A stretch of 63,980 nucleotides of DNA, the filler included, from Choristocarpus tenellus KU-1152 (lineage: Eukaryota; Protista; Phaeophyceae), in NCBI GenBank assembly GCA_964200185.2. It is 14 parts of 14 records of this genome, joined end to end, with 100 filler letters (N's around TTAATTAATTAA, not from the genome) between each part and the next. Parts side by side here need not be neighbours in the genome. Positions count along the whole stretch, not along the records: positions 1 to 2,604 come from CAXNAD020026360.1; positions 2,705 to 12,374 come from CAXNAD020003486.1; positions 12,475 to 16,715 come from CAXNAD020015521.1; 11 more parts are not named here. One strand, written 5' to 3'. Below are positions 1-12,542 of this stretch, piece after piece. Within the stretch, counting starts at the first letter, position 1. The number at the start of each line of letters is the position of its first letter. A program made the position numbers and the translations under genes. A model generated the notes under the pieces. It was not told the origin of the DNA. It saw nothing but the letters and a program-made list of their open reading frames with translations, and did not search any database.

Positions 1-24
1 CCCCCCGCCCAGATACTTTGACCC
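1..24. mobile_element. MITE family B, terminal fragment
   Basis: poly-C + CAGATACTTTGACCC, the reverse complement of the family B TIR seen at 46146. Confidence 0.75.
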
Positions 25-500
25 TTTGAGCCTCTTTGGAAGCACAGGATATAATAGAAATGTGCTTGGCACCTGTGTGTGTGTCACTGGTGTTGAGTTT
101 GCATCATTGCACATCATGTAGCAATCGACTCTTTATTTAATGTACTCTGAAGTATTCCGTAGTTATTAAACTTACTACGTACATAGCAAAGTGATTTGTA
201 ACTTCTACTCCAGAGTATATAGCCAAAAGAGGGGTGTAAAATGATGTGCTAGTTTGATCCATGTTCTTCATACTCCGTATTTTTTAACGTAGCAGTTGCC
301 AGTAGCACAATGAATGTCCCATCTACTGACAGAGCTCTACCCGCATGTGAGGGACTAATAGGCCAAGTTTGATCTGACCCAGCATGTTACGAAACAGTAT
401 ACAGACAAATGCCAATTTCATAAAGCGGTCACATTAGGGTGAAAAATTCATGGTCAACCCCACTTTGTTGAGAAACGCCATGGTTGGGACAAGTCAAATT

Positions 501-526
501 CTAACCCTAACCCTAACCCTAACCCT
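501..526. repeat. Interstitial telomere-type (CCCTAA)n tract
   Basis: ctaaccctaaccctaaccctaaccct. Shorter TTAGGG tracts occur at about 1935-1948, 2432-2456 and 20343-20355. Confidence 0.9.
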
Positions 527-1798
527 GATACTTCTACGTAATACAATATTCTCAGATACTCAGTATATGAGGTTATATAGTGAAATGTGCTATTATAGTT
601 ACATCTTTTCAATATATATATATATTCGCAATCCGAAATTTCCTGAAGCGAATACCAAGTGAGGGATATGACAGATAAGATCCTAAAACAAATATTTCAA
701 ATATAGTAGTGCGAAACACCCCTAAACTCCAGCTAAGATGTTCCTGAGTACAAGACTTTGTGATGTGAGATTTCTTCTGAAAGAAAATTGTCAAGGTTAG
801 GTAGTTCCCTTGGTAACTGTCCAGATTTAATCTGTTTCGGTGACGACCTTCGCAAGAGCATCAAAGCCACGCAAGTTGTAGAAATTGGACGTGTGACTGG
901 TATCCCCTCTAACTCGCGTGTCTCCATTATTATATGATTACCAGATGATCACTTCATCGACACCACATACAAAGAACATACTATTAGTTTGATATAGTAT
1001 GACCACTTGTTCCATCTGGTCAGTATTGGTCACACAGCAAGCATACTGTTATCATAATTTCATCAGCATCATGTAACTAAAACTGTGCAGTATAGGCTGG
1101 TAGTCTATATGCTTTACATGTGTTTTGTGACTACTTCTAGATAGTAGAAATGCTGACTAAGTGTAATAAGTGCAATTGACTTCTTTCCGCGAGCTTGGAG
1201 TAATAGGTACGAATCTGCGATAATTGATTAATAATTACTCGATAAGCATGATTGACGGAGGATTACTGACGTACTACTAGTTATACGGGATAAGTGACAT
1301 GGTACGACCAACGGCAGCATACATTTTTGATGTGTCTGCTGACGTGTGCAATAAGATAATAAGAGAGAGCACCCCCACTTCAAGGGGTAGTGCTCACTCC
1401 GCTAATAAATGCATCCATACAACATAATCATAAGACTATTGGAATAGCTCTCTTTGGATAAAAACACCACTAAATTGTCAAACAACCCGAATGCACAATA
1501 ACATTAGTGACATCTCATTTGCTAAAGCAAAGCATAGACTCATGAACAAGAAATGATGCCTACACAGAATTCCTATCCAGGACAGTTACCACTCGCTTTG
1601 GTTGTAAAAAACATTTATATGGTATTTATTTGGCAATCAAACACACTAAATCCGAACTTCTCAAACCGATGATAAGAAAGTTGTCCACGGCAAATGATGT
1701 ACAGCAAACAACATGAACAGAACTCAAGAATCATGAAAAACATTCTAAGTCCTCACGAAACGGAAGGAATGTGGGTAGGTTAGGTAGATCTCTTTTTT

Positions 1799-1820
1799 GA
1801 CTGACTGACTGACTGACTGA
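1799..1820. repeat. (GACT)n microsatellite
   Basis: About 5.5 perfect GACT units. Confidence 0.9.
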
Positions 1821-2501
1821 AAGCTCTCAGTCGATTTTCTAGGGCTTTATCGAACTCAGCTCACATTTCTTGTTTTCATTCTCCGATTTGACAATCTTTG
1901 ATAGGCGACTTCAGATATTAAATACCAGTATTGTTTAGGGTTAGGGTTCACCTTTTCGGTCTGCACAACGACCCATCACTATTAGACGTATATACATAGT
2001 CATGTCCCATTGCCTAGAATACAGCATTTGTCACGGATAGAGGTAGCCCTCACAAAGATCAACATATATTGAATTGGCTTTTACACTGCCATCTCTTTCA
2101 TGATGTTTTTGAAGTCATCCTCCTACACAAATATACCACAGTGCTGTGTACTACATATCCTCTCCCCGCCTCCAATTGTGTGTTATTGCCCTTATTGGAA
2201 CAGATGGTATTTTTTGCTGTGCCCGTATACTTGATCAGCTACATCTCCCGTGCGCTGCGATTGGCTGTGGCATTCTTCCCTAGGGCAAAGCGTACGTTCC
2301 CATGGCTTATACCAGTAAGTGATGAGCATTCAAGGTCGGAATCAAAATTTGAGGATGGTAGGGTCAATGAGATGAACATGCAACATGTTTGAAGACTCAT
2401 TCCACCTGGAAGAGCTTCCTCTAATGATCTTGTTAGGGTTAGGGTTAGAGTTGGGTTCTTCACGGTAATAAGGTAGAGGATGAAGCCTTGTAGAGAGGTT
2501 T

Positions 2502-2604
2502 GGCTCAAAGTATCTGGGGGGGGGGGGGTGGAGGCTGTCCATTTGGGGACCATTTTTTAATGTCACGATTTTGGGTTATTTGGTTGTACACGAGATCGGA
2601 AGGG
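2502..2604. mobile_element. MITE family B, truncated by contig end
   Basis: GGCTCAAAGTATCT + poly-G + GCTGTCCATTTGGGG; aligns with the near-complete copies at 56599 and 63803. Confidence 0.9.
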
Positions 2605-2704
2605 NNNNNNNNNNNNNNNNNNNNNNNNNNNNNNNNNNNNNNNNNNNNTTAATTAATTAANNNNNNNNNNNNNNNNNNNNNNNNNNNNNNNNNNNNNNNN
2701 NNNN
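2605..2704. other. Artificial contig spacer (first of 13)
   Basis: 44 N + TTAATTAATTAA (stops in all six frames) + 44 N. Identical 100-bp spacers start at 2605, 12375, 16716, 20455, 24466, 28925, 37281, 40530, 43356, 46168, 50181, 56768 and 61323. Confidence 0.98.
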
Positions 2705-4875
2705 AACGGGTTTTTCGCCTGGAAACATACCAAGTACAGGCACAGATACCTATACGTTCGGAGGGGTTGGGCCTATCCTCTATGAAGCATCCTCAGCATG
2801 CAGGTTCGGCAGGACCACTGGTGGCCACTCTCCCCACCCTTTTAGCAAGGCAACAGGGGCCATATGGAGAGTCTTTCTCATAAGCCATCTGCATGAGCCC
2901 CACAGTTAGGGCCCTGTGATCATCCATAAACACCCTCCTATCAACAGGAGTCCGTTCAGAAGACTTGGCAGGAATTATTAGTCATGGCTGGGTAGCCTAG
3001 GGGAGGATGTTGTCTTCACCATTTCCAATGCTGAGTCGTCGTAATTCCCTTTCACATTGGCTGTCTTTGGTCTCATCCACCCCATCATCATCACCATCAT
3101 TTGCTATTAACTTCCTTAGCCCTACTAGCAGAATGTGAAGAGAGAAGATTGAAAGCTATCTTCTGGAAAGTGCAACAGACATCAGAGTAACATGCACCCA
3201 CTCATCACGGCCAACATTGAAATTCCAATCAATCTTACCATACCCTACAATGGGCAGTGATGTGCCGTCAGCCACGGTAATGTTGTGGCCTTGTGTACAT
3301 GTGGTGAAATCATACATGTACTTAGAGTCTTTCGTTACACTGTTGGAAGCACCCGAATCAAAACACCATGTTTCGAAAGCATTTGTTCTCACCTTGCCAT
3401 TTTCCTTCACAGTGACTAACACGGTCCTTAAACTTCATTCCTGTCCTAGCCGGTTCCTCTGATCCAGCCTCGAACTTCCGCCGACTTTAGCGGATTCGCC
3501 CTCTGGCGATATGAACTTCCCACCGACTTTGGTGGTCCTGCCCTGGCCTAGCCGGTTCCTCTGATCCAGCTAGTTCTTCCGCTAACTTGAGCGGAGTCAC
3601 CCTCTGGCGATATGTATTTCCCACCGACTTGGTGGTCCTAGATTCCCTAGCTGGTTCATCTGGTTCAGCTAGTATTCCCGCCGCCTTTAACGGGTTTGCC
3701 CTCCTCTAGGGGCACACAGCTCGAACGGGTGACCATTCTTCCCGCAGCTGTAACACGGTCCTCCAAATTTACAGGAACCGAAATGCTTCACCAATCCACA
3801 CGTATCACAAAGTCTCTCGGGCCTTGGTAAGCCCCCTGAAACGGGATCCTGTCGTCCCAGGGTCAATACGGTGACCAGTCGTACCCCGGCTGCCACCTCA
3901 GTCAGCCTTTTTCACGGTCGTCGCGGCTAGAGCGCTCCCGGGCTCTCCGCAATCTCCTATTTCTTGTCGAAGTGAGAAATAACGCGAACAAGCGGCTTGT
4001 TGAATTGTGGCCCTCGAACGCTCACTCTTATTATGGTGCTGGAGGTAATGTTTGGTGATCTGGTAGTCTTCATCCAAACAGTCTAACATAGCAATTTCTA
4101 GGACCTGTTCGGACATCACATGCCCCATCATCGCCATCTGGCCAACCCAGTCCAGCATCATCGTGAAAGTGATTTGGGGATCTGATCCCCGAGGCATCTT
4201 GACCGTCATAACTTTCCTTTGGAGTCTGGCTATTTCCTCATCTGACTGAATAAGGAAGTGTTCACGTAGTTGTTTCCAGGCTCCTGGAGGTGAGGCAGCA
4301 TTCCGGACTATACACCGGTAAATATAACTGGTGCTCCTCAGCAGGATGTCATAAGCCTTCTTGGCCTTGGTGACTTCGTCTTCGCTGACATCTTTGCCCT
4401 TGATGAATTCGATGTCACCCACTCTGATGGGTTCCCTCCTATCTATACTGTAATGCCTCATCAATATCCCCCTTCGCCCCCAAAAATGCACGGGTTGTAG
4501 CAAACCAGCCTGCACAGTTGTCGTCCGTTAGTTGAAGGAGTTTGGTTTGGGTCCCATCTGCGGCCATGAGTGGTGCAGTACCGATTCAAAACAAACCAGT
4601 CCGGCTGCGCCTCCTCTAGCTAGAGTTTGGATTAGGCGCTTAAGCGTGTTGGAAAGCTTGTCGCACGTAAGTCTCGTCGCCGGAAGCTAGCAGTTGAATT
4701 ACATGGTAAAGCACACACTGAATTATTAATTGCCTGTCAACCATCCATCATCACTAACGTGTTGATGAATGTTGACTTATTATATTTTATACACGTACGT
4801 ACTTTGTATCATTCATACCTAACCAATTGTAAACGTACGTATAACCTATGTTATATACTTGTGTCAGCACAAACA
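2705..4875 (-). mobile_element. Decayed Ty1/Copia LTR retrotransposon (family 1, copy 1)
   Basis: gag ATG at about 4567 (MAADGTQTKLLQLTDDN..W) with a frameshift, Copia gag core (3898-4515), zinc knuckle CYSCGKNGHPFELC (3687-3896), protease WCFDSGASNSVT...VADG (3156-3422), then internally deleted. Putative LTR at about 4647-4875 ending CAACA; outer boundary uncertain. Confidence 0.9.
3445..3705. repeat. ~100-bp tandem repeat (about 2.6 units) in the Copia gag-protease linker
   Basis: Units start cctagccggttcctctgatccagc at 3445 and 3547, with a diverged unit at 3646. Confidence 0.85.
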
Positions 4876-4935
4876 ACGAAAGGATATTTGATTGGCTTTT
4901 CCCCTGACACATCTCCAAAATTTCAGCGAGCATAA

Positions 4936-5193
4936 GAGTCAAAGTATCTTAGAGGGTAGAGCCATGTCCATTTGGGCGCCAAGATCCATATAGCAATTTT
5001 GATGTAATTTTGGCTATCATGTTTGTTAGGAGATGTCAATATCCTTGTTCCAGACACACCTTTTCATAACGTACACATTTTCTCTACTCCGAAATGTTTT
5101 GAAGTAGGTAAAATGTCATTAAAAACCCATAGGAAGCCAAGCCCCAAATGGAGAAAAAGGTAAAAACTCGTACCCTCTCAGATACTTGCACTC
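4936..5193. mobile_element. MITE family A, full length
   Basis: TIRs GAGTCAAAGTATCTTAGAGGGTA...TACCCTCTCAGATACTTGCACTC; flanked by ATAA/ATAA; inserted into a family D repeat. Confidence 0.93.
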
Positions 5194-5464
5194 ATAATAA
5201 TCTGACATGTGAACAGTTTTCATTGGTTTTCTCCCTGGCATATCTGTAAAATATTCGAGGCTGTAATTATAAAATAAAATAATATATCAATGTAACGTCC
5301 TGAAGATAAGATATGTACTTTGAGTGTAATATTATTCCAGTAGTTGAAGATATAATGTGTAGATCTCAATTTAAAAAAAAAATCATAGAAAATACAATAA
5401 TCTTGGGTTGACCCCCCCCGCCCCCACGACAAAGAGATGTATATGGGAGTCCGAAAAAAAATCG

Positions 5465-5733
5465 CTCAAGTCACGATACAATCGATTCCTTAAAGTAAAG
5501 TACCAGGGGTTCCAGACACCACCTTGTTTGACAGCAAGAAGTGCTGTGTAACCCCCCGTCAACGATGCCGGGTTGTGGCCTTCGGCATTTCTTGTGTTGG
5601 AAGAGAGTGGGATACGCTACGCAACATGCACGGAGGAGGGAAAGGTACAAGAGGGAAGAGAAAACCAAAGAGCTCCAGGTGGGCGGATCCCAAAAATATC
5701 GGATCGCTCTCTCTTAGAATATAGTGGCTTGAG
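5465..5733. mobile_element. Possible MITE (single copy in window)
   Basis: Imperfect TIRs CTCAAGTCACGATA / TATAGTGGCTTGAG; flanks ATCG/ATAG; no second copy seen. Confidence 0.3.
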
Positions 5734-5981
5734 ATAGCCTACCTTAGATACTGATGTTGGAGTGTATTGTTTTCGCGGCATTGCTCCAAGAACTCGTGAT
5801 GCACGTGAATGAAGATACGTCAATGAGGATAGATATCATCTGCCGAACGAAACAGATATCAAATATGAGATCCCCACTGCCGCAGAAATCCACGACTGTC
5901 GATCATACCAGTAAATTGTGAACTGTTCGGTGCGCCTTGGACATTTTAATGCTTTTTCATAATGGCGCACAACCGCCGAAG

Positions 5982-8203
5982 CAGAGGATAGACAAACTGA
6001 AGGCTCAAGTGGCTTCTCTTGTGGCGGAGAAGGACATAGCCACCCACGCTACAGCGATGATGAGCAGGAAGGTCATATGGCAAGCAGCTGCCGCGTCGGG
6101 CAGACTGAGGATGCTGGTGGCACAGGACAAGGCTAAGGTTGAAGCAGAGGCAGAAGATCGTAGGGTTCAAGACACAAACAAGATTCGACAACTGGAGAAG
6201 CGAGTCAAGACCCTGGAAGGGGAATTGATCGATCGTAGCATCTCAATCGTGGGGCTTGAGGGGCGACTCCGTGTTGCTAAGGAGGTGAGGTTGCATTTTC
6301 CCTCACGGTATTGCCTCTTCTCCTTTCCTGTCGGAGGATTAAGCAATATGATGTGAAAGATGAGACCGATAAACAACAGATCATCTCAGATCCTGGATCT
6401 AGATTGATTCTTCCTGAGCTTCTCTATTATTATCGCGCATGCTACCACTGAAACTGTACTCATACCAAAAAAAAAATTAATCCCATACGCTTGAAGAGTA
6501 GGTGCTTCTGAGGCATTCCTTGTATTGGAGTCAGATCTGAGGTGTCAGCGTTGTGTTGGTCATGCTTTTGCTCGGAAGTATATTCATGTTACCTCTATAG
6601 ATTGCATATATATGCTTCCTTTTCAGTTAGGGCAATATGGCCTAATTCTATTCTTCCCATTCTGTGTAACTACTGAACATGAGCACAAGGTTATGCTACA
6701 ACAATGATGTTTATGATAATAAATGTACTACGCAGCATACAGTCCGCACACATCAGGAACACTGCATTCATACCCTCTCACCCCTTTCCCCCCCTTAACC
6801 ACATGTGATTACCCCTCATTCCCCCTCTTATCCCCACACTGTTGCAGAAGTTAGTGTCAGGGCCTTTCCTTCGACCAGGATCATGTGGAAAATGTGGTGT
6901 GCAGAATGGATCTGTTGCCATTGTTTCTGAAAGGTCCAGTCCTGGGCTGTCAAATATTTATGCCATCCAGTCCGTGGAACAACCAACTTCCCTGGACAAG
7001 ACTCCCAAAGCAGGCCCCTCCAATTTATCGAGCCACCAAGATCCAGAGGACTGTGGGCCAAAGATTATGCCTGAGTGAGTGTTTCTCTGGGGTTTCCTGC
7101 TGTTGTGATTCCGTCCACCAATAACTACAATTGCACTGCTCCCATTATGCCACAAGTGTTTCCATATTTTGTTCTCATTGTTTCACATTAAAAGATGTAG
7201 TTGAAGAAGTGAGTGTGTTCTATAGTTCTATTTGTTCTATTTATTGTTGTTATGATCATCATTCGATTTTTTCAAGTTGTCATGTACGTAGGGGTTTTTT
7301 GTAGGATGAAGGACAACTCTTGTGTTATACTTCTTGCAGCTTTCTTGTGTTGGAATTATTTCCGGTTTTTATTAAGTAAAGAGCCAAAGTATCTTAGAGG
7401 GTAGGACCGCGTCCATTTGGGGACAAAAATATAAAGTTGCGATTTTGATGAAATTTTGACTATTGTGTTTGTTTGGAAGTGTCAATATCCTTGTTCCAGA
7501 CACACCTTATCATAACGTATACACTTTATCTACTCAGAAATATTCTTGAGTAGGAAAATGTCACAAAAAAAACATGGGAGGCTAAGCCCCAAATGGACAA
7601 ACAGGGCAAAACTCGTACCCTCTAAGATACTTTCACTCAAAGTCAACGAATTAAAATCCCAGCACAATGTTACAGTACCACTAGTCTACCCTTTTCCTTG
7701 TGCTTGCTCTTGGAGCATTTCCATACTCACATTCATCTTGTCCCATTCACTCTCTCGTCTGCCCCGCTATTAGGTCAAACGCATTACAGTATGCTATTCA
7801 CTCAGCAGATCCAACAGCCAATGCGGTCATCACACACCCAATCACCCCCCCCACCACTCTAGAGGAGGGTAGCAAACTCTTTGCCAACAGTCTGCCTGGT
7901 GCCCAGGCCCCCTCCTGCCCTACAATTGAGGCCAGTGTGCCTGTGCCACTCTCCCCTCGATTTAATCCTGGGAAGGCCATCACACAGGGCCAGACTCTCA
8001 AGGGTAGGAAATGTGGAATGAAGAAGCCTACAAAGAAGCATCTTTCTACCTGGAAGCCCGGTTCCCTTTTTACACGTGATGAGGATTCTGAGGATTATAA
8101 GAAGTATATTGCAACGGCGGCCCCGGCATATATTGTGGGAATGGCCATCCCCAAGTACCGGAATATGAGGGACCAGTGGAAAGGATCATTTGACCCAAAC
8201 TGA
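5982..8203 (+). CDS. Uncharacterised coiled-coil protein, last three exons (about 5982-6284, 6848-7074, 7774-8203); start not resolved
   Basis: GT-AG sites with matching phases (0, then 2) join QRIDKLKAQV...RVAKE / KLVSGPF...KIMPE / SNALQYA...GSFDPN*. The first exon is heptad-rich. A MITE sits in the last intron. Confidence 0.6.
7381..7638. mobile_element. MITE family A, full length (intronic)
   Basis: GAGCCAAAGTATCTTAGAGGGTA...TACCCTCTAAGATACTTTCACTC; AAA/AAA flanks. Confidence 0.95.
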
Positions 8204-8424
8204 TCTGTAGCCTTGTGAATGCCGCACATTCTTATTATTGAAGAAGTGTTTGGTATTGGTACAGGGTTTGTGAGGGGGAATTTTTTAGTATTTTGGATTC
8301 ACCATGCACAGACATAGAGAAAGATAATTGTGTGCCGGAATAATACCGTTTTGAGACTACAGGGTAGGTGTTCTGTTGTAATAGCTCATTGTGGAATGGT
8401 TGCATCAAAAGTGGGTAAAGAAAT

Positions 8425-8683
8425 GAGTGAAAGTATCTTAGAGGGTACGTGTTTCGCCCTGTTTGTCCGGTTGGGGCTTGACTTCCCACGGGTTTCTTAA
8501 TGACATTTTCCTACTCCGAAATGTTTCGGAATAGGTAAAATGTATTAGTTATGAAAAGGTGTATCCGGAGCAAGGATATTGACACTTCCTAACAAACACT
8601 ATAACCAAAATTACATCAAAATCGCAACATTGGATTTTGACCCCGATTTGGACGCGGCCGTACCCTCTAAGATACTCTGACTC
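8425..8683. mobile_element. MITE family A, full length (opposite orientation to 7381)
   Basis: GAGTGAAAGTATCTTAGAGGGTAC...TACCCTCTAAGATACTCTGACTC; AAT/AAT TSD. Confidence 0.95.
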
Positions 8684-9437
8684 AATGTTATGTGATGTGT
8701 ATGTATGACTGAATGCATTGAAAGAGAGTAAGATATGTGTAAATATTTTGACCGGAACAATAAACTTGTCTAGTGTCTATGAGTTTCTTTAGGATGGTTG
8801 AGACCAGCACTATATAACAAGAGTGTGTGTGCGCATGGTTGGGGATATTTTTCTCATTTTTTTACCTATGGTGGAACACTACCCAGGAGAGATCATTTTC
8901 GCGATTCCAACACAGCTAACATACATATACCTAAAAAATATATTCCCGGGCACAACATATGTTTTTACGTGCACATAAAAAAATGTAACTCCTGCTACTC
9001 AGAACTGTCAGTGCAAATACTCCACTATTGTTGCAGGGATCAATTGTCTGAGCTACTCTATGGTGCAAAGACATCAACACAATAATTGTACCCAATAGTG
9101 GAAGCAAATGCACCCTTTGATATTTTTACTTTTCTGCAGTTTATTTTTATATTATATTTTACATGCATGTCTCCTTTCAGAAAATATTGCTCAATGTCTG
9201 GGATCTAGTCTCATTTCATCTTGTAGCTCTGGTGGAGAGTTTTCATTGTGCGAAGGCATTATGCTATAGGGTTTGAGCTAAGTTGAAACCCGTGGTTGGA
9301 ATGAGCAATTGAATGTTTGGAAATGGTTTCACGGAAGGGAACAAAGCTCATCTCAAAATGAGAGTATCATAATCTTGGAGTTCCTGGTCAGCCGAGAGGT
9401 ATTGATGTAATTATTTTGCACCATAAATCATAACATG

Positions 9438-9692
9438 GAGTGAAGGTATCTTAGAGGGTACGAGTTTTGCCCTGTTTGTCCATTTGAGGCTTGGCTTCCC
9501 ATTTTTTTTAAAGACATTTTCCTACTCCGAAATATTTTGGAGTACGTTAAACGTATGTTACGAAAAGGTGTGTCCGGAACAAGGATACTGACACTTCCTG
9601 AAAAACAGGATAGTCAAAATTTCATCAAAATCGCAACATTGGATTTTGGCTGCCAAATGGACGCGCCCCTACCCTCTAAGATACTTTGGCTC
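9438..9692. mobile_element. MITE family A, full length
   Basis: GAGTGAAGGTATCTTAGAGGGTAC...TACCCTCTAAGATACTTTGGCTC; ATG/ATG TSD. Confidence 0.95.
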
Positions 9693-10639
9693 ATGTAGTT
9701 TCGTAGGTGTGAGACCATGTTGTTGATATATTCCACACTGGACCCGCGGTTAAGATGATCAATAGTGTGCCTTGATAGAGGACAATAAATGGCTTTTGGT
9801 GTATATATACAATAGTTATGTTACTAGGGACTTATGGTCTCAATTCCACTGACTGAACTTGTGAGGTGAGAAAGGTGCAGACGACCATTACTATTCCTAT
9901 AGTGTGAGGTTTGCAATCATCCACACTATTTTACTATGAATCACTTATTTACTTGGCTTCAGTATAGCAAGCGTGTCTTGAACATGACACAAATCAATGG
10001 ACACTAGTGAGTCAACACATATGGTATATCCTTCACTGGCTCTTCATCCTATTATCTACTCCACTGGTGGTGTCTATAGTGTATCAGCAGCACTATCCAC
10101 AAACACATTTATCATTATGCACCAACAATTATCTCCAGGCAAAGGGCGATTCACATAGCATCCTCTCCATGGAGTCTACTCCAGATTACATATATAATAG
10201 TTGTATTGACATATTTCCAAGTGGCTTATGCTCACTATTCGAGAGAATATTATGCTTTATGGGGAAAAAGAACATTCATGTGTATATGATACAAAGATGC
10301 TGAGCCAGCCAACGATATTTGGTACACAAGAAAGTTTGGCTAATAAACTTACTCTTTCCAGTCGTTTGCATCCACTCTGGTCCAGAGCCAGTCAACAAAG
10401 ACCTTGTAGGTGGTGCTGCTGGAAGGGCAGGCATGTGGATGCACCCTGCCTGCAGGGGTTCAATCTCTGTATTTTTCTAGTCCATTTAACCAGTTGAAAA
10501 ATGACCAAGTATTCACATCAAGAATTCACTCGTATGTATGTGTGGTTCCTCTGCTGGACATACTGTTTTTTTTATCGTTTGACTCATTGCTTCCCTGTGC
10601 TTGAACTAATAATAACGAAGAGCAGATTGTAAGTCTAGG

Positions 10640-11510
10640 TGAAGATCATGCCTGTACTATGTATAAGTCGTCATAGCATAACCAGCAGCACAAAGCAGTG
10701 AGCTCAGAAGATGTGGCGCAAAAATACCACTTTGGGAGAAGATCATCACCAACGCACTTGGGCTGTTCTCTAGGTAATATAGGTGCATTCACTTGAGACA
10801 TATGCGCATGGAGCACCAGCAAACTCAGTCAGGTAGGAGTTCCTCTTGTTGTAGCGTCAACAATCAGCACAAACCAGAAGAAATTCTCCGGAGTATATCT
10901 TAAAACAAGGTCCAGCGTTTCACAAAACAGCTAGCACCTATTGGAATTTTTACCCTACCACATGAATCCCACAGGTAACCATGCAAGCAGAAACCCACGC
11001 AGAAGATGGTCAACTACGCACGAGTTATTATGAACAGTGCACAACAGCAATCTCCAGTCCTTGACACTCTCTATCTTAGACATGACATAATAGCCTCCCA
11101 TACCCCTTGCTACAAGATACCTCCTACGGTGCATGGTAACAGGCAGAATTGCAACCACGTCCTTCCTCCTCACCCCTTTTTGTATGCTCTGGGCAACCAT
11201 GGGTATGAAGATACCACGGTTATCTTCTTCTCCTACATTAATGTCGGACCAAACAAATGACCAGTGTATTTCCCATCGAAGTACTGTGAGTATTTATCCA
11301 ACTCCCCCTTTCTTTTTTCTCCTCTCACAACTGGCCACCTATCCCAAACGCTCAATCTTAGCAAACTAACTCCACTGCAACCTTGGAGGCACTGCATGTT
11401 CCAGGAGATATTTTGCACGATGCAATTTCTCGTTCTGAGAAGGAGATCTGGTGCGGAGTTTGAGCAAAGACGATCCACACAGTTGGATGTTTCCTATGTT
11501 ATTAGCCTGG
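10640..11510 (-). pseudogene. Possible decayed papain-fold (USP/USPL1-like) peptidase
   Basis: Stop-interrupted frame with HNNSCVVDHLL (Cys-box-like) and a downstream WLCYDDL (His/Asp-box-like). Motif resemblance only. Confidence 0.25.
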
Positions 11511-12297
11511 GGGAAGGAGGGGAGGGAGAGGGAAAGTAGATTGTGTGTTGGAGGTTGCATTGATATGTGGGATGTCGTCCACGATGATATTTGAAGCTTT
11601 CACAAGACCCCTAAAAAAGTCTTTCGCCGATATCCAACTCTACTTGAGCTCTGTGTTGTATGGTACGACAGAGGAAACGACTTGAAGTTGCATAGTTCCT
11701 TGCGAATTGATCCTACATCCTGAATTATGTCCAACGTGAGTGGGTGAATCTAGCCCTATAGTGCATGTTTATTTTGATGAGGGAAGAGTATTTCCTGGAC
11801 GGAGCCCTACTATACATGTTTTTTATTACTTTCATGTTTGTACCCTGGTAGTTTTCACTTCCAGTATTAGAGGAAGACTTATTGAATGGATAGTGATAAA
11901 ACGCCCCGCTGACCCCTAATTTCTTAAACGGAATTCCAGAATTTGCTGATTAACTAGTGCGAGGTACCTCAAGCTAAACATACATGTGCTTCTATTTAAA
12001 ACGTTACGGACAACTTCAGTGAATTCGAGTACTTGGTGCCGATAGAGAGCCAAAGTAACGAGAGGTACCCAGGTTTTGACTGTTTTGCATTTTAAGTCAC
12101 GTTTTTTTCCAATTTAATCTTATTCTGATTATGGGTAATTTGCTAAGATTGAGTTGAAAATGTTGGTTTCTTGATTGCTTGAACGTTTTCATCAGAATTC
12201 AGAAAACTTCCAGTACACAATAATTGTTAAATACGACGAATTTGGCACATTCTTGTAGTCTTACTTAAAATATAACCCCTACTACTGCTGGGAATTT

Positions 12298-12374
12298 GGC
12301 TCAAAGTATCTGGGGGGGGGGGGGCCGCCGGTCCTTTTGGGGCAATTTTTTTTTTGTGGGGGTTTGGGGGGTTT
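12298..12374. mobile_element. MITE family B, truncated by contig end
   Basis: GGCTCAAAGTATCT + poly-G. Confidence 0.85.
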
Positions 12375-12474
12375 NNNNNNNNNNNNNNNNNNNNNNNNNN
12401 NNNNNNNNNNNNNNNNNNTTAATTAATTAANNNNNNNNNNNNNNNNNNNNNNNNNNNNNNNNNNNNNNNNNNNN

Positions 12475-12542
12475 TTCCCCCTGTTTGTGCTAAATGGGCC
12501 CCCTTGGGTATACCCCCCCCCCCCCCCCAGATACTTTGGGTC
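12475..12542. mobile_element. MITE family B, right end at contig start
   Basis: poly-C + CAGATACTTTGGGTC. Confidence 0.85.

Noticed and set aside
501-526. Chromosome end
   Set aside because: Only about four units, embedded in non-telomeric sequence on both sides.
2649-2660. Recurrent TTAATTAATTAA palindrome and ORFs ending ...XXXLIN
   Set aside because: Artificial concatenation linker inside N-runs, not biological.
4605-4650. tRNA gene
   Set aside because: Only a loose D-arm resemblance; no anticodon arm, T-arm or B box.
7381-7638. MITEs acting as introner elements
   Set aside because: The copy lies inside a larger pre-existing intron and its ends are not splice sites.
9180-9410. KDZ-type transposase remnant (NEQLNVW motif)
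   Set aside because: Single short motif in a stop-ridden frame with no other catalytic motifs.
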